DNA of 36,642 nucleotides from positions 1 through 36,642 of the forward strand of contig JBGSRB010000435.1 of NCBI GenBank assembly GCA_041737735.1. The letters are read 5' to 3'. Source of the stretch: Anaerolineae bacterium (GTDB taxonomy: Bacteria; Chloroflexota; Anaerolineae; Aggregatilineales; Phototrophicaceae). How positions within the stretch are numbered: the first letter of the stretch is position 1; every line of letters begins with the position of its first letter. Of this stretch, positions 15,752-26,729 are shown in pieces. The translations under genes were made by a program, and so were the position numbers. The notes below the pieces were generated by a model, which was given only the letters and a program-made list of their open reading frames with translations, was not told the origin of the DNA and did no database searches.

Positions 15752-17941
15752 ATGCCACCGAAACTGTACCTCTCGTTGGTCTTTCATAATCATCAGCCGG
15801 TGGGCAATTTCGAGAATGTGTTTTCGGAAGCATTCGAGAAGGCTTACCTGCCGCTGGTCGAGCTATACGAACGTCACCCGACGGTCAAGGGCGCGCTGCA
15901 CTTCACAGGTCCCTTGCGCGATTGGATTCTGCGCCAGCGACAGGGCTTCTTCCCGCGCGTGCGCGTGCTGGTCGAGCGCGGACAGCTTGAGATTCTCGGC
16001 GGCGGTTATTACGAGCCGATTCTGGTCATGCTCAGTGATCAAGACAAGATCGGGCAGATGCGGATGCACAGCCAAGCCGTTGAGGACGATTTCGGCGTGC
16101 TGCCTGAAGGCACATGGTTAGCCGAGCGCATCTGGGAACCTTCCCTGCCCAAGCCAATCCATGAAGCGGGCTTGAAATATGCTATCGTTGATGACACGCA
16201 TTTCAACTTTACCGGCATTGACGACGCCGACTTGTTCGGCTACTACATCACGGAAGAACAAGGCTATCCGCTGAACCTGTTCGCCAGCTCAAAAGATTTA
16301 CGCTATCTGCTGCCGTGGCGCAACGTCGACGAGGTGATCGCGTGGTTGCGCGGTCGCGCCGATGCGCTGCAAGACCCGCTTCAGCCGCCACCGCTGGCAT
16401 TGATGGGCGATGATGGCGAGAAGTTCGGCATGTGGCAGGGGACGTATCAACTGTGCTGGCAAGAGGGCTACATGGATCGTCTGTTCACCGCGCTCGAAGC
16501 CAACGCCGATTGGCTGGAGACGACCACACCCGGCGCGTATATGCACCAGTTTCACGCGCGCGGGCGGGCGTATCTGCCGACGGCATCGTATCTCGAAATG
16601 ACCGAATGGGCGCTGCCCTCCGCGCGTTTCCATGACATCACCGCGCTGCGCCGCGACATGGAGCGCGAGATCGACATCAAACAGTGGAGCGACCCCGGAC
16701 GCGCGCAGTATCTCCGCCGCTTGATGCGCTACATGCGCGGCGGCTTCTGGCGCGGCTTCCTGGCGAAGTATCCCGAAGTGAACCACATGCAGAAGCGCGC
16801 GCAGTACACCAGTCGCCGCGTTCACGCGCTGCCCGATGGCGGCATCAAGCGCGATGCGCTCAAAAACTTATGGGCGGCACAATGCAACTGCGCCTATTGG
16901 CACGGTGTATTCGGCGGCGTGTATCTATTCCACATTCGCGCGGCGAACTATGCCAACATTCTCGAAGCCGAGTCACTGCTGCTGGCGGATACGCTGACCG
17001 CCGAACGCATCGACTTTGATCAAGACAGCCGCAGTGAGATCGTGATCAGCGGCAGCCCGTTCACGTTCGTGATCGCGCCTTCAAGCGGTGGCGCGCTGCT
17101 CGAATGGGATGATTTGCCGAGTCGCTATAACCTGCTCAACATCATGACGCGCCACGAAGAAGGCTATCATATCAAGCTGCGTGAAGCCGCCGCGCGCAAT
17201 GAAGTGATCACGCCCAGTATGCCCCAATGGACACAGCCGGAAAATGTGCATACCACGCATGTGCGTGCCAAACAACTGGGCTTGGAACATGCGCTGATCG
17301 TCGATTGGCATCGGCGCGGCGCGTTCATCGATCACTTCTTGGGCGAAGATGTCACCCTCGATGCCTTCACCAACGCCGATTACAGCGAAACGGGCGATTT
17401 CGTCTTAGGTGAATACAGCGCTGCGCTCGACTTGCAACCGGGAACAGCGTGCGCGGTCACGCTCACGCGCGATGGGCATGTGTGGATCAACCAAGTACAT
17501 CAGCCGATCCGCGTGCAAAAAGTGCTGTCTGTCGAAAAAGGCGAGCGCGCCTTCAAAGTCGAATACAGCGTGACCAACCTCTCGACCGATGCACTAACGC
17601 TGCGCTTTGGCGTCGAAACGGTGTATGGTTTCGACGGTGGCGACACGTCCGAATGTTATCTGGCATTTCCGAGCGGCGACATCACCGGCTTGGGGATGCA
17701 AGGCGAAACGCCGGATGTCAGCCATTATCGCGTGGCGACCAAGATTCGCGGCTTTGAAGTCGGCGTTGAATCGGCGCAAACGGGCGATCTGTGGCGCTTC
17801 CCGCTTGAACCCGTGACCATGAGCGAAGCGGGTTACGAACGCATCCATCAAGGGACGGTGCTGCTGCACCTGTTCACGCTCGATCTCGCGCCTGCCGCGT
17901 CATGGACGAACACCTTCCGCCTGAAGATTGAGGATTTATAG
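15752..17941 (+). CDS. GH57 alpha-amylase / 4-alpha-glucanotransferase
   Basis: H.HQP.GNF, GGGYYEPIL, catalytic WLAERIWE and GDDGEKFG, YLPTASY.EM.EW, AQCNCAYWHGVFGG, SE.G.ERI.QG; AAGGAG RBS. Confidence 0.93.
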   Translation: MPPKLYLSLVFHNHQPVGNFENVFSEAFEKAYLPLVELYERHPTVKGALHFTGPLRDWILRQRQGFFPRVRVLVERGQLEILGGGYYEPILVMLSDQDKIGQMRMHSQAVEDDFGVLPEGTWLAERIWEPSLPKPIHEAGLKYAIVDDTHFNFTGIDDADLFGYYITEEQGYPLNLFASSKDLRYLLPWRNVDEVIAWLRGRADALQDPLQPPPLALMGDDGEKFGMWQGTYQLCWQEGYMDRLFTALEANADWLETTTPGAYMHQFHARGRAYLPTASYLEMTEWALPSARFHDITALRRDMEREIDIKQWSDPGRAQYLRRLMRYMRGGFWRGFLAKYPEVNHMQKRAQYTSRRVHALPDGGIKRDALKNLWAAQCNCAYWHGVFGGVYLFHIRAANYANILEAESLLLADTLTAERIDFDQDSRSEIVISGSPFTFVIAPSSGGALLEWDDLPSRYNLLNIMTRHEEGYHIKLREAAARNEVITPSMPQWTQPENVHTTHVRAKQLGLEHALIVDWHRRGAFIDHFLGEDVTLDAFTNADYSETGDFVLGEYSAALDLQPGTACAVTLTRDGHVWINQVHQPIRVQKVLSVEKGERAFKVEYSVTNLSTDALTLRFGVETVYGFDGGDTSECYLAFPSGDITGLGMQGETPDVSHYRVATKIRGFEVGVESAQTGDLWRFPLEPVTMSEAGYERIHQGTVLLHLFTLDLAPAASWTNTFRLKIEDL

Positions 17942-18033
17942 GCGCAGGTCAGCGTGGCAAAAGATCAGCCGCACGCCACTTGTAACTCGACCATGTTCTG
18001 TTACCATCCTCACTTCATAACAGGGGGTGAGGC

Positions 18034-19812
18034 ATGACACCTGAAATCGCGCTGATGCTGGCGATCATTGTGGGCGCATTGGCATTATTCGCATCCGAGC
18101 GCTTTCCGGCTGATATTGTGGCGCTCGGCGTGATGCTGGCGATCATCCTCACGGGGTTGTTGCCACCGGAAGAAGCTTTTCAGGGTTTTGGCAGCAGCAC
18201 AGTCATGATGATTCTCGGCTTGCTGATCATGACGGCGGCGCTCAACCGCACGGGCGTGATCGATCTGGTCGGGCGGCAGTTGGTGCGCTTCATGGGGGCA
18301 AGCCAAGAACGCACGTTGGTCGTGATCATGAGCGCGGCGGGCGGCTTAAGCTCGTTCATGAGCAACGCCGCATCGACCGCATTTTTTCTGCCGTTGGTGA
18401 TCCGCCTCGCGCGGCGCAGCAATTTCAGCGTGTCGAAGCTGCTGCTGCCGATGGCGTTTGCAACCCAGCTTGCCAGTTCGGTTACGCTGGTGGCATCATC
18501 GACCAACTTGGTCGTCAGCGGCGTGATGGTGCGTTATGGTTTGGAGCCGCTGGGCGTGCTGGAAATGCTGCCCGTCGGGTTGCCCATTTTAATCGCGGGC
18601 ATCCTCTATATGCGCTTCATCGGCGTGCGCTTAATTCCGGATCGCACACCTGTGAATGCGGGTGATGGCGTGAATCGGCGCATCTATGTGACCGAAGCGC
18701 TGATCCTGCCCGATTCACCGTTGCACGGCAAAACGCTGATGGAAGCCGCCTTCGGGCGTGATCTCGATCTTACCGTGCTGCGCGTGCTGCGCGGGGCGCA
18801 GTATCTACGCGCCGACCCTGACTTGCAACTGGCGCAAAATGATCTGCTGGTGTTGGCGTGCGCGCGCGACGATGTGTTGAAGCTCAAGAATTTGCGCGGG
18901 GTGGCGATCAAAGAGGATACCAAGCCGCTGGACGCGCAGTTCGGCGGCGATCTGCGTGTGTCTGAAACGCTGATCAGCCCCGACTCGCTGCTGATCGGGC
19001 GCACACTGCGCGGAGTGCGTCCGCGCGCGCTGTATGGCTTTCAAGTGTTGGCGATTCAGCGGCACGGCGAGCCAATCCCGCGCAAGCTGAGCGAAGTGCG
19101 GATGCAGTTGGGTGATGTGCTGCTGGTGCAGGGCGACCAGGCGAACATCGAAGCGTTAGAGCAAAACGGCATGTTCCGCATTTTGACCAGCGAGCTCGAT
19201 GATCTACGCCCCGACTTGCGGCGCGCGCCGCGCGCGATTGTGATCTTCGTGGGCATGTTGACGCTGGCGTTCTTCGGCGTGCTGGCGCTGCCCGTCGCCA
19301 TGTTATGCGGCGCGGTGCTGGCGGTGGTCACGCGCTGCATCACGCCGGAAGAAGCCTATCGACAGGTCGAATGGAAAGCGCTGATCCTGATCGGCAGCAT
19401 GTTGGCGTTGGGCATTGCGATGGAAACCAGCGGCACGGCGCAGTTTCTCGCGGGGGGCTTTATCAATGTTGTGGGCGGCGCCTCACCCGTGCTGTTGATG
19501 GGATCGTTCTTTGTGCTGACCGTAATCCTCACGCAACCGCTGAGCAATCAGGCGGCGGTGGTGGTGGTGCTGCCGATTGCGCTGCAAACCGCGCTGCAAT
19601 TGGGTTTAGACCCACGTGCGTTTGCGATTATGGTGGGCGTGGCGGCAAGCTGCGGATTCTTGACGCCGCTTGAACCCTCCTGCGTGATGGTGTATGGGGC
19701 GGGGCGCTATCGCTTCATGGACTTTGTGCGCGTGGGCGCGCTGCTGACCGTGATTATTTTCGTCATCGTCATGCTGATCGTGCCGGTGGTGTGGTCACCG
19801 CTGCCCGTTTAG
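18034..19812 (+). CDS. SLC13/DASS family permease with two TrkA-C (RCK_C) domains
   Basis: SSFMSN, TLVASSTNLVV, two soluble repeats (ILPDSPLHGKTL; ISPDSLLIGRTL), LSNQAA, FLTP, G.YRF.DF.RVG. Confidence 0.9.
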   Translation: MTPEIALMLAIIVGALALFASERFPADIVALGVMLAIILTGLLPPEEAFQGFGSSTVMMILGLLIMTAALNRTGVIDLVGRQLVRFMGASQERTLVVIMSAAGGLSSFMSNAASTAFFLPLVIRLARRSNFSVSKLLLPMAFATQLASSVTLVASSTNLVVSGVMVRYGLEPLGVLEMLPVGLPILIAGILYMRFIGVRLIPDRTPVNAGDGVNRRIYVTEALILPDSPLHGKTLMEAAFGRDLDLTVLRVLRGAQYLRADPDLQLAQNDLLVLACARDDVLKLKNLRGVAIKEDTKPLDAQFGGDLRVSETLISPDSLLIGRTLRGVRPRALYGFQVLAIQRHGEPIPRKLSEVRMQLGDVLLVQGDQANIEALEQNGMFRILTSELDDLRPDLRRAPRAIVIFVGMLTLAFFGVLALPVAMLCGAVLAVVTRCITPEEAYRQVEWKALILIGSMLALGIAMETSGTAQFLAGGFINVVGGASPVLLMGSFFVLTVILTQPLSNQAAVVVVLPIALQTALQLGLDPRAFAIMVGVAASCGFLTPLEPSCVMVYGAGRYRFMDFVRVGALLTVIIFVIVMLIVPVVWSPLPV

Positions 19813-19828
19813 AGAAAAGAGAATCCCT

Positions 19829-21058
19829 ATGTCACAAACGCATCCTTTAGCGGATCGCATCCGTCCTGAAGCGCTGACCGAGTTTGTCGGGCAGGAACAT
19901 CTCGTCGGTGCGGGCAAGCCGTTGGCGCAAGCGTTAGCGCGCAGCGCGCTGCAATCGATGATCTTCTGGGGACCGCCCGGCGTGGGTAAAACGACGCTGG
20001 CGCGCATCATGGCGCGCGGAACCGGACGCGCCTTTCACGAATTGTCGGCAGTATCGGCGGGCAAAGACGATATACGCAAGATCATCGACGGCATTAAGCG
20101 CACGCAAAGCCCGCAGCGCGATTTGTTTTCGCTCAACGACGAACCCGCGTCCAGCCTTGCGCCTGTGCTGTTTCTGGATGAGATTCACCGCTTCAATAAG
20201 GCACAGCAGGATTATCTGCTGCCCTACGTCGAAGATGGCACGCTGATCCTGATCGGCGCGACTACCGAGAATCCGTCATTTGAGGTGATCCCCGCGCTGT
20301 TGTCGCGCGCGCGCGTGTTCGTGTTAAATCCGCTGACGCCCGATCATGTGAGCGCGATCCTCACGCGCGGCGCGGCGGAACTCGACATCACGCTCGAAGA
20401 TGAGGCGCGCGCCTTCCTGATCGATTACGCGGGTGGCGATGCGCGCCAAGCGCTTAACCTGTTGGATGCAGCGATCGCCTTGTATGGCACGGCGCTGACG
20501 CTGGAAAACTTGCAGAACACCGCGCAAACGCGCCATCTGCGTTATGACAAGCACGCCGACGAGCATTACAACACGATCAGCGCGTTCATCAAGAGTATGC
20601 GCGCGTCGCACGTCGATGCCGCGTTGTATTATCTGGCGCGGATGGTCAGCGCGGGTGAAGACCCGAAGTTCATCGCGCGGCGCATGATCATTTTCGCCAG
20701 TGAAGATGTGGGCGTCGCGGACGCGAACGCGCTCAATGTGGCGGGAGCGGTCTTTCGCGCGGTGGAAACCATCGGCTATCCCGAATGTCAGATCAATCTG
20801 GCGCATGGTGTGGTCTATCTCGCCAGCGCGCCCAAAAGCCGCCACTCGTATACCGCCTACTTCAAAGCGCTGGATACGGTTAATCGCACGGGCGACCTGC
20901 CCATTCCGCTGAAGTTACGCAACGCACCAACCGGACTCATGCGTTCCGTCGGTTATGGGCAGGGCTACGATTATTACGACGATGTTGATCTGCTGCCCGA
21001 AGCGCTGCGCGATCAGCGCTTTTACGAACCGCCCACCGATGCAGAAAGCGGATCATGA
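19829..21058 (+). CDS. rarA: Replication-associated recombination protein A (RarA/MgsA AAA+ ATPase)
   Basis: PLADRIRP, Walker [10 protein letters not shown], Walker [50 protein letters not shown]. Confidence 0.95.
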   Translation: MSQTHPLADRIRPEALTEFVGQEHLVGAGKPLAQALARSALQSMIFWGPPGVGKTTLARIMARGTGRAFHELSAVSAGKDDIRKIIDGIKRTQSPQRDLFSLNDEPASSLAPVLFLDEIHRFNKAQQDYLLPYVEDGTLILIGATTENPSFEVIPALLSRARVFVLNPLTPDHVSAILTRGAAELDITLEDEARAFLIDYAGGDARQALNLLDAAIALYGTALTLENLQNTAQTRHLRYDKHADEHYNTISAFIKSMRASHVDAALYYLARMVSAGEDPKFIARRMIIFASEDVGVADANALNVAGAVFRAVETIGYPECQINLAHGVVYLASAPKSRHSYTAYFKALDTVNRTGDLPIPLKLRNAPTGLMRSVGYGQGYDYYDDVDLLPEALRDQRFYEPPTDAESGS

Positions 21059-21780
21059 CCACACCGTTTGGCTTTTTCGATCTGGTGGAAACGCTGCCGC
21101 AAGCGGGCTGCGCCCTGTGTAACCTGCTGCTGCGCGATGTGGATCGGCAGCTCGATTCGATCCTGTATGAGTTTGTGACCGAACCCAAAATGCAGCGGAC
21201 ATTTCGCGCCAGTCGCGGCTTATGCAACGAACACGGCGCGCGCCTGCTGGAAACGGGTAACGCGCTGAGCGTGGCGGTGCTGTATGAGCGCGTGATCGAA
21301 GAAGCGCTGGCGGTGATCGATGGCGCGGCGAATACGTCCAAGCCGCGCAAATGGCTGAACAACACGCCCGATGGCGCGGTGCTAGCAGCAGCGTTAGCGC
21401 CCAATCAAGCGTGCGTCGCCTGCGCCGCCATGAACGAGAACGAAGCGCGTTATGTCGCCATTTTCAGCGAATACAGCGCCGATGAACGCCTGCACGATGC
21501 CTACACCACCTCGCACGGGTTATGCCTCAAGCATTTTCGGCGCGTGCTAAGCGCGACGCGCGATCCGCAACGTGCCCGTCAAATCGTGGAAATGCAAAAA
21601 GCGATCTGGGAACGCCTGCGCGCTGAACTCAACGAGTTTATGCGTAAGTACGATGTGAATCACGCCGCTGAAGCAATGGGCGCGGAAGCCGATAGCTGGC
21701 GGCGCGCACTGACACAAGTCGGCGGCGCGCGCGGCGTGTTCCCCATGCGCGATCGCGCCCGCGATCGCACGGACGAATGA
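21055..21780 (+). CDS. DUF6062-like protein with two CxxC...GLCxxH repeats (putative metal-binding)
   Basis: GCALC...RGLCNEH and ACVAC...HGLCLKH, plus EF.RK.D and E.DSW.RA; ATGA overlap with the rarA stop. Confidence 0.75.
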   Translation: MTTPFGFFDLVETLPQAGCALCNLLLRDVDRQLDSILYEFVTEPKMQRTFRASRGLCNEHGARLLETGNALSVAVLYERVIEEALAVIDGAANTSKPRKWLNNTPDGAVLAAALAPNQACVACAAMNENEARYVAIFSEYSADERLHDAYTTSHGLCLKHFRRVLSATRDPQRARQIVEMQKAIWERLRAELNEFMRKYDVNHAAEAMGAEADSWRRALTQVGGARGVFPMRDRARDRTDE

Positions 21781-21882
21781 GCGTACATCGGGGCGGACTC
21801 AATGGTTTTTTGAGCCATGCCGCCCGAACGAGTATCATCATGGGCGTGAACTAATGGCTATGGATAACGAAAGGTGACTCTT

Positions 21883-22890
21883 GTGGAATATCGTCGTTTA
21901 GGGAAATCAGGTTTACAGGTCAGCGTCTTATCGTTTGGCGCATGGGTAACGTTCGGCACGCAGCTTGATGTCGATGGTGCGCTCAAGATCATGAGTGCGG
22001 CGTATGAACGCGGCTGCAATTTCTTCGACAACGCCGAAGCCTACGCGCGCGGTCAAGCCGAAGAAATCATGGGGGAAGCGCTGCAACAATCGGGCTGGCG
22101 GCGCGATAGCTACATCGTGTCGAGCAAGGTGTTCGGCGGATCAGTGACGAATCCATCCCCGATTCAACGCGGTTTGTCGCGTAAGCACATTTACGAAGCC
22201 GCTTATCAAGCGCTGGATCGCTTGCAGTGCGAGTATCTCGACCTGTATTTCTGTCACCGCCCCGATCCGCACACGCCGATTGAAGAAACCGTGCGCGCCA
22301 TGACCGAGTTGATCATTCGCGGCGATGTGCTGTATTGGGGAACGAGCGAATGGTCTGCCACACAGTTGATGGAAGCGTATGCCGTCGCGCGTGATTACGA
22401 CTTGATCCCGCCAACGATGGAGCAACCGCAGTACAACATGTTCCACCGCTACCGCGTCGAAGTCGAATATGCTCGGCTGTATCACCACGACACCATCGGC
22501 TTAGGCACAACCGTCTGGTCGCCGCTGGCAAGTGGCTTGCTGACGGGCAAGTATAACGACGGCATTCCCGAAGACAGCCGCCTCAACCTGCCTGATTACG
22601 AGTGGCTGAAAGCGCGCTTGACAGGCGAAGAAGGTCAGCAGAATCTCGTCAAAGTCAAAGAGCTGGCAACCATCGCCGCCGATCTCGGCACGACCCTGCC
22701 CAAGTTAGGCTTGGCGTGGTGCATCAAAAATCCGCATGTCAGCACGGCGATCACCGGCGCATCGAAAGTCTCGCAGGTGCAGGAAAACTTCGACGCGCTC
22801 GATCTCGTGCCGCAGCTCACGCCCGATGTGATGGAACGGATCGAAGGCGTGCTGAACAATAAGCAGACGACGGTTTACGGCGCAAGCTAA
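21883..22890 (+). CDS. Aldo/keto reductase (Kv-beta-like subfamily)
   Basis: [67 protein letters not shown] 21883 preferred on RBS spacing (ORF track 21874). Confidence 0.92.
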   Translation: MEYRRLGKSGLQVSVLSFGAWVTFGTQLDVDGALKIMSAAYERGCNFFDNAEAYARGQAEEIMGEALQQSGWRRDSYIVSSKVFGGSVTNPSPIQRGLSRKHIYEAAYQALDRLQCEYLDLYFCHRPDPHTPIEETVRAMTELIIRGDVLYWGTSEWSATQLMEAYAVARDYDLIPPTMEQPQYNMFHRYRVEVEYARLYHHDTIGLGTTVWSPLASGLLTGKYNDGIPEDSRLNLPDYEWLKARLTGEEGQQNLVKVKELATIAADLGTTLPKLGLAWCIKNPHVSTAITGASKVSQVQENFDALDLVPQLTPDVMERIEGVLNNKQTTVYGAS

Positions 22891-22909
22891 GGACACACAC
22901 GCACACATC

Positions 22910-23557
22910 ATGACGAAATCAGCCTTGATGTTCGTCGGCGGTTGGGACGGTCACGAGCCGTTCCAAACCGCTGATTTATTCGCGGGTTTGCTGCGCGCGC
23001 AAGATTTCACGGTCGAGATCAGCGATACGCTCGATGTGCTGCTCGACACGGATCGCCTGCGCGCGCTCGATCTGATCGTCCCCGTGTGGACGATGAGCAA
23101 GATCACGCCCGAACAGGTCACCAGTTTGCTGACCGCCATTGCCAGCGGCGTCGGCGTGGGTGGATGGCACGGCTGTATGGCGGATTCCTTCCGCGACAGC
23201 ACCGATTATCAATTCATGGTTGGCGGGCAGTGGGTGGCGCATCCCGGCGGCATCATTGATTACACCGTGCAGATCGCGCGGCACGATCACCCGATCACGG
23301 CGGGGCTGAACGACTTCGCCATGCACAGTGAGCAGTATTACATGCACGTTGATCCGTCGAATCAGGTGTTGGCGACAACAACATTTAACGCCGATCATCA
23401 CGACTGGATCGACGGCACGCTGATGCCCGTCACATGGACGCGATCATGGGGTGCGGGCAAGGTGTTTTATAGTTCGTTGGGGCATGTGCTGCGCGATTTT
23501 GACGTGCCTGAAGCCCGCGAGATGGTGCGGCGCGGTCTGTTATGGGCGGCGCGGTAG
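22910..23557 (+). CDS. ThuA-like (class I glutamine amidotransferase-like fold) protein
   Basis: [48 protein letters not shown]. Confidence 0.85.
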   Translation: MTKSALMFVGGWDGHEPFQTADLFAGLLRAQDFTVEISDTLDVLLDTDRLRALDLIVPVWTMSKITPEQVTSLLTAIASGVGVGGWHGCMADSFRDSTDYQFMVGGQWVAHPGGIIDYTVQIARHDHPITAGLNDFAMHSEQYYMHVDPSNQVLATTTFNADHHDWIDGTLMPVTWTRSWGAGKVFYSSLGHVLRDFDVPEAREMVRRGLLWAAR

Positions 23558-23569
23558 GCGTATGAACGA

Positions 23570-23674
23570 TCACCAGCGCGATCAGTGGGTTGGTCGCGCT
23601 GGTGAATTTAGGTCTGATGTGACAATTTGCTGTCGTCCGCGCGGATGAAGTCGAGCGATTCGGATTCTTCATCC
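23570..23674. terminator. Two hairpins at the junction of convergent operons
   Basis: TCACCAGCGCGATCA / TGGTCGCGCTGGTGA (23570-23605) followed by ATTT; GGATGAAG / CTTCATCC (23643-23674). Confidence 0.6.
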
Positions 23675-23676
23675 TG

Positions 23677-24375
23677 TCACGGCGGAGTCAGAGTGATGCC
23701 CGGCGTTCGCGTTTGCCAATATTCGAAATTTGGCGCGAGTGTGGGTGGATCGTCAAAAGTCATAAATGGCACATAACCACAATCCCAATCGCGCGTGAGT
23801 GAGTTATAAATACAGGCTCTGTACCCCCATCGATCAGCTGACGCTACATACGCGAATCGATAACTATTTTCCCCACGCCTGTAAAACCATTCCCAGAATG
23901 TCGGTGGTTCGCGCAGATCGTCAATATAGTTGGGGACAAGTTCCTCAAGCGTTTCGGGGTATTCACCGTGATCAGCTTGATAGGCTTCTATTGCATTCGC
24001 CACCAAACGCATATCTTCGAGCAACCGCACTTGTCTAGGGTTGAAATAGATTACGACGAAAACGATTAAGGGCAGACCAACGCCAACAATCGCTGCAAAT
24101 AATCTGCGTCGTTTAGGCGTTAAAACAACCATGCCCGCGCCACTTGAGAACACAATAATGATCGCTAGTAGTGCATTTGGATTTGTGAAATCGGTTAACG
24201 GGATCGAATCGCCATCTGATGCACGCAATACAAAGCCAGTCAGCACGTAGGCGATCAGGGCGATCAGAAACCACCCACCGCCATCCAGTTCGTTTTTGCG
24301 AATTCCCTGACCAAACGCGATGACACCTAATAAGGGCAGTCCAATGGTAAACGGTATGCAACACAGAATTTCCAT
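23677..24375 (-). CDS. Hypothetical membrane protein with a GspG/pilin-like C-terminal motif
   Basis: About four hydrophobic segments, then AIEAYQADHGEYPETLEELVPNYI; GC visibly lower than the flanks. Confidence 0.65.
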   Translation of the reverse strand: MEILCCIPFTIGLPLLGVIAFGQGIRKNELDGGGWFLIALIAYVLTGFVLRASDGDSIPLTDFTNPNALLAIIIVFSSGAGMVVLTPKRRRLFAAIVGVGLPLIVFVVIYFNPRQVRLLEDMRLVANAIEAYQADHGEYPETLEELVPNYIDDLREPPTFWEWFYRRGENSYRFAYVASADRWGYRACIYNSLTRDWDCGYVPFMTFDDPPTLAPNFEYWQTRTPGITLTPP

Positions 24376-24429
24376 GTTTAGCGCCTTGCGGAACGCTCCA
24401 CCAGATATAATACCGCCGCCCCGTTTCCC

Positions 24430-26286
24430 TCACATCCGCAGCGCCGTGACCACGTCGATCACCTGTGCGGCGAGATCGTAACGTCCGAACGCCGGAATGA
24501 TATACGCCCCCTGCACATAATCTTGCAGATCACGCAGCAGACTTTGCGCGATGATCACGCCTTCCTGCGCCGCCTGATCGCCCGCGTTCGCCATCCGTTC
24601 GAGGATCGCGGGCGGAATATCGATGCCGGGAATCTCGTTGTCGATATAGCTGGCATGGCGCGCGCTGAACAGCGGCATCACCCCCATGATCACGGGCAGT
24701 TTGAGCGCCTCACCCGCTAATTCCTCATAACGCCGCAGGAAGTTTTCCGCCAAAAGCGGATCGAACACGGGTTGACCGAGCGCAAAATCCGCGCCCGCGT
24801 CGATCTTCTTGCGTAGCAGGTCAATCTCTTTGTCAACATCCGCCGCGCCCATGTTCAGCGCACAGCCGACCGTGAAGCTGGTCGGCTGACCGAGCGAGTT
24901 CCCCGCTTGATCGCTGCCCTGATTCATGCGCTGCTTGACCAGCCGAATTAGCGCGCTCGGCGCGATGTCGAAGTTATCCATCGCGTCGGGATAATCGCCA
25001 ATGCGCGTGGGATCACCCATGCACACGAAAATGTTACGCAAGCTGAGCGCGTGCGCACCCAGTAAGTCGCCCTGCACGCGCAAAAGGTTGCGTCCGCGCG
25101 TCGGGAAATGCAGCACCGTTTCCATGCCCAAGCGATTTTGCAGCAGGTTGCACACCGCCCACGGACTCACGCGCATCCGTGCGGTGGGGCTGTCCGCGAT
25201 GTTCAGCACATCCGCGCCCGCGTCGCGCAGCATGGCGGCGGAGTCGATCGTCTTATCGAGATTGTGCGAACGCGGCGGATTCATCTCCACGCTGATCACG
25301 AACGCGCCCGACGCCAGCTTGAACGCGAGTTCAGTCGGGCGATCAGGTGCAGCGTGATCATCATCGGCGTGCGGCTCGAACACATTGATCACAGGCAGCG
25401 GACGCGCAGGATCATCGAGCGCGGCGCGCATGGCGGCGATGTGCGCGGGTGTCGTGCCGCAGCAACCGCCGATCAATACCGCACCTTGCGCTTTGAAAGT
25501 CAGCGCATAATCGGCAAAATATTCGACCGTCGCCGGATACATGGTGCGCCCGCCGACCGTCTGAGGATAGCCCGCGTTGGGCATGGCGGAATAACGCGCG
25601 TCGGGGGCAGCCAGACGCATCGCGCTTAACACCCGCGAGATTTGCACGGGCCCCCCCGAACAATTCACGCCGACGACCTGCACGCCCGCCTCACGCAGCG
25701 CTCGCGCCACCGCGCCGGGCATGTGTCCGCTGATGGTGCGATCATCGTGGGTGAAGGTCATCTGCGCGATAATCGGCAGATCAGGCGCGGCGGCGTGCGC
25801 GGCTTCGATGGCGATCAGCAGTTCGTTGAGATCGGTAAATGTCTCGAACTGGATCGCGTCAGCGTCACGCAGCGCGCTGATCTGCTCGTGGAATACGTCG
25901 AACGCATCTTCGCGCTTGAGCCGTCCATAGGGCTGCACGCCCACACCCAAGGGGCCCACCGAGCCGATCACGTAAGCGGTGCGTCCGCTTTCCGTGATCG
26001 CAGAGCGCGCCAACTGCACGCCCGCTTGATTGATGGCGAGCAGTTGATCATCCAAGCCGTGATCCGCCAGCTTGAGGCGATTTGCGCCGAAAGTATTCGA
26101 CTCGATGGCGTCTGCGCCCGCCGCCAGATAATCGGCATGAATCGCACGGATCACGTTGGGGCGCGTCAAGTTCAACTGCTCGAACACGCCATCCATGGGA
26201 ACGCCGCGCGCGTGCAGCAGCGTCCCGGTTGCGCCATCGGCAAGAATGGGACGCGGATCGTTCAGGCGTTCGCGGAAAGTGGGCAT
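24430..26286 (-). CDS. yitJ: Bifunctional homocysteine S-methyltransferase / 5,10-methylenetetrahydrofolate reductase
   Basis: DGATGT, NTFGAN, GVNC, PNAGYP, GGCCGT (Hcy/Zn domain), then VEMNPP, IADSP.ARMR, H...RGRN, GDP, KK..AGADF...QPVFD. Start set to ATG 26286 (AAGGA RBS); the ORF-track extension to 26472 overlaps another gene. Confidence 0.93.
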   Translation of the reverse strand: MPTFRERLNDPRPILADGATGTLLHARGVPMDGVFEQLNLTRPNVIRAIHADYLAAGADAIESNTFGANRLKLADHGLDDQLLAINQAGVQLARSAITESGRTAYVIGSVGPLGVGVQPYGRLKREDAFDVFHEQISALRDADAIQFETFTDLNELLIAIEAAHAAAPDLPIIAQMTFTHDDRTISGHMPGAVARALREAGVQVVGVNCSGGPVQISRVLSAMRLAAPDARYSAMPNAGYPQTVGGRTMYPATVEYFADYALTFKAQGAVLIGGCCGTTPAHIAAMRAALDDPARPLPVINVFEPHADDDHAAPDRPTELAFKLASGAFVISVEMNPPRSHNLDKTIDSAAMLRDAGADVLNIADSPTARMRVSPWAVCNLLQNRLGMETVLHFPTRGRNLLRVQGDLLGAHALSLRNIFVCMGDPTRIGDYPDAMDNFDIAPSALIRLVKQRMNQGSDQAGNSLGQPTSFTVGCALNMGAADVDKEIDLLRKKIDAGADFALGQPVFDPLLAENFLRRYEELAGEALKLPVIMGVMPLFSARHASYIDNEIPGIDIPPAILERMANAGDQAAQEGVIIAQSLLRDLQDYVQGAYIIPAFGRYDLAAQVIDVVTALRM

Positions 26287-26309
26287 GGGGTTATCCTTCG
26301 CGTTTCGAC

Positions 26310-26714
26310 TCAATTCACACAATTCGCATACAAAATGATCTGAGTGCCGATGCCATCTTCCGCGCGAATGACCGACCAATCGACGCGCGCAACGCGCCGC
26401 CCGAATGTGGTCACCAGATCGCCGCTTTGCAGGCTTTCGCGCAAAAATGTTCCCGTCGTCACGCCATACCACGAGCGTACAGCGTCCGGCTGATCATCCG
26501 AATACAGCACCATCGTCGTGATACCCATGCCAAACGGACTAATGAAGTTGTGCGTTTGCGCCACCACTTCCGCACCGGGGTAAACGGGTAAACGCTGCGG
26601 CAGATAGGCTGAACACACAGCATTGACTGTCAGAAAAGCGCTGCTGCTGCACACAATTGTAGCGATCACAATCACGAGACAGCCCACTAAGGGGCGACTG
26701 CGTCCACGTTCCAA
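26310..26714 (-). CDS. Hypothetical membrane-anchored/exported protein
   Basis: One N-terminal TM, LPVYPGA...SDD.PD.V..WY and a C-terminal Cys; fills the gap between the nuclease and yitJ. TTG start uncertain. Confidence 0.65.
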   Translation of the reverse strand: MERGRSRPLVGCLVIVIATIVCSSSAFLTVNAVCSAYLPQRLPVYPGAEVVAQTHNFISPFGMGITTMVLYSDDQPDAVRSWYGVTTGTFLRESLQSGDLVTTFGRRVARVDWSVIRAEDGIGTQIILYANCVN

Positions 26715-26729
26715 GTTGATTCACGCTTT

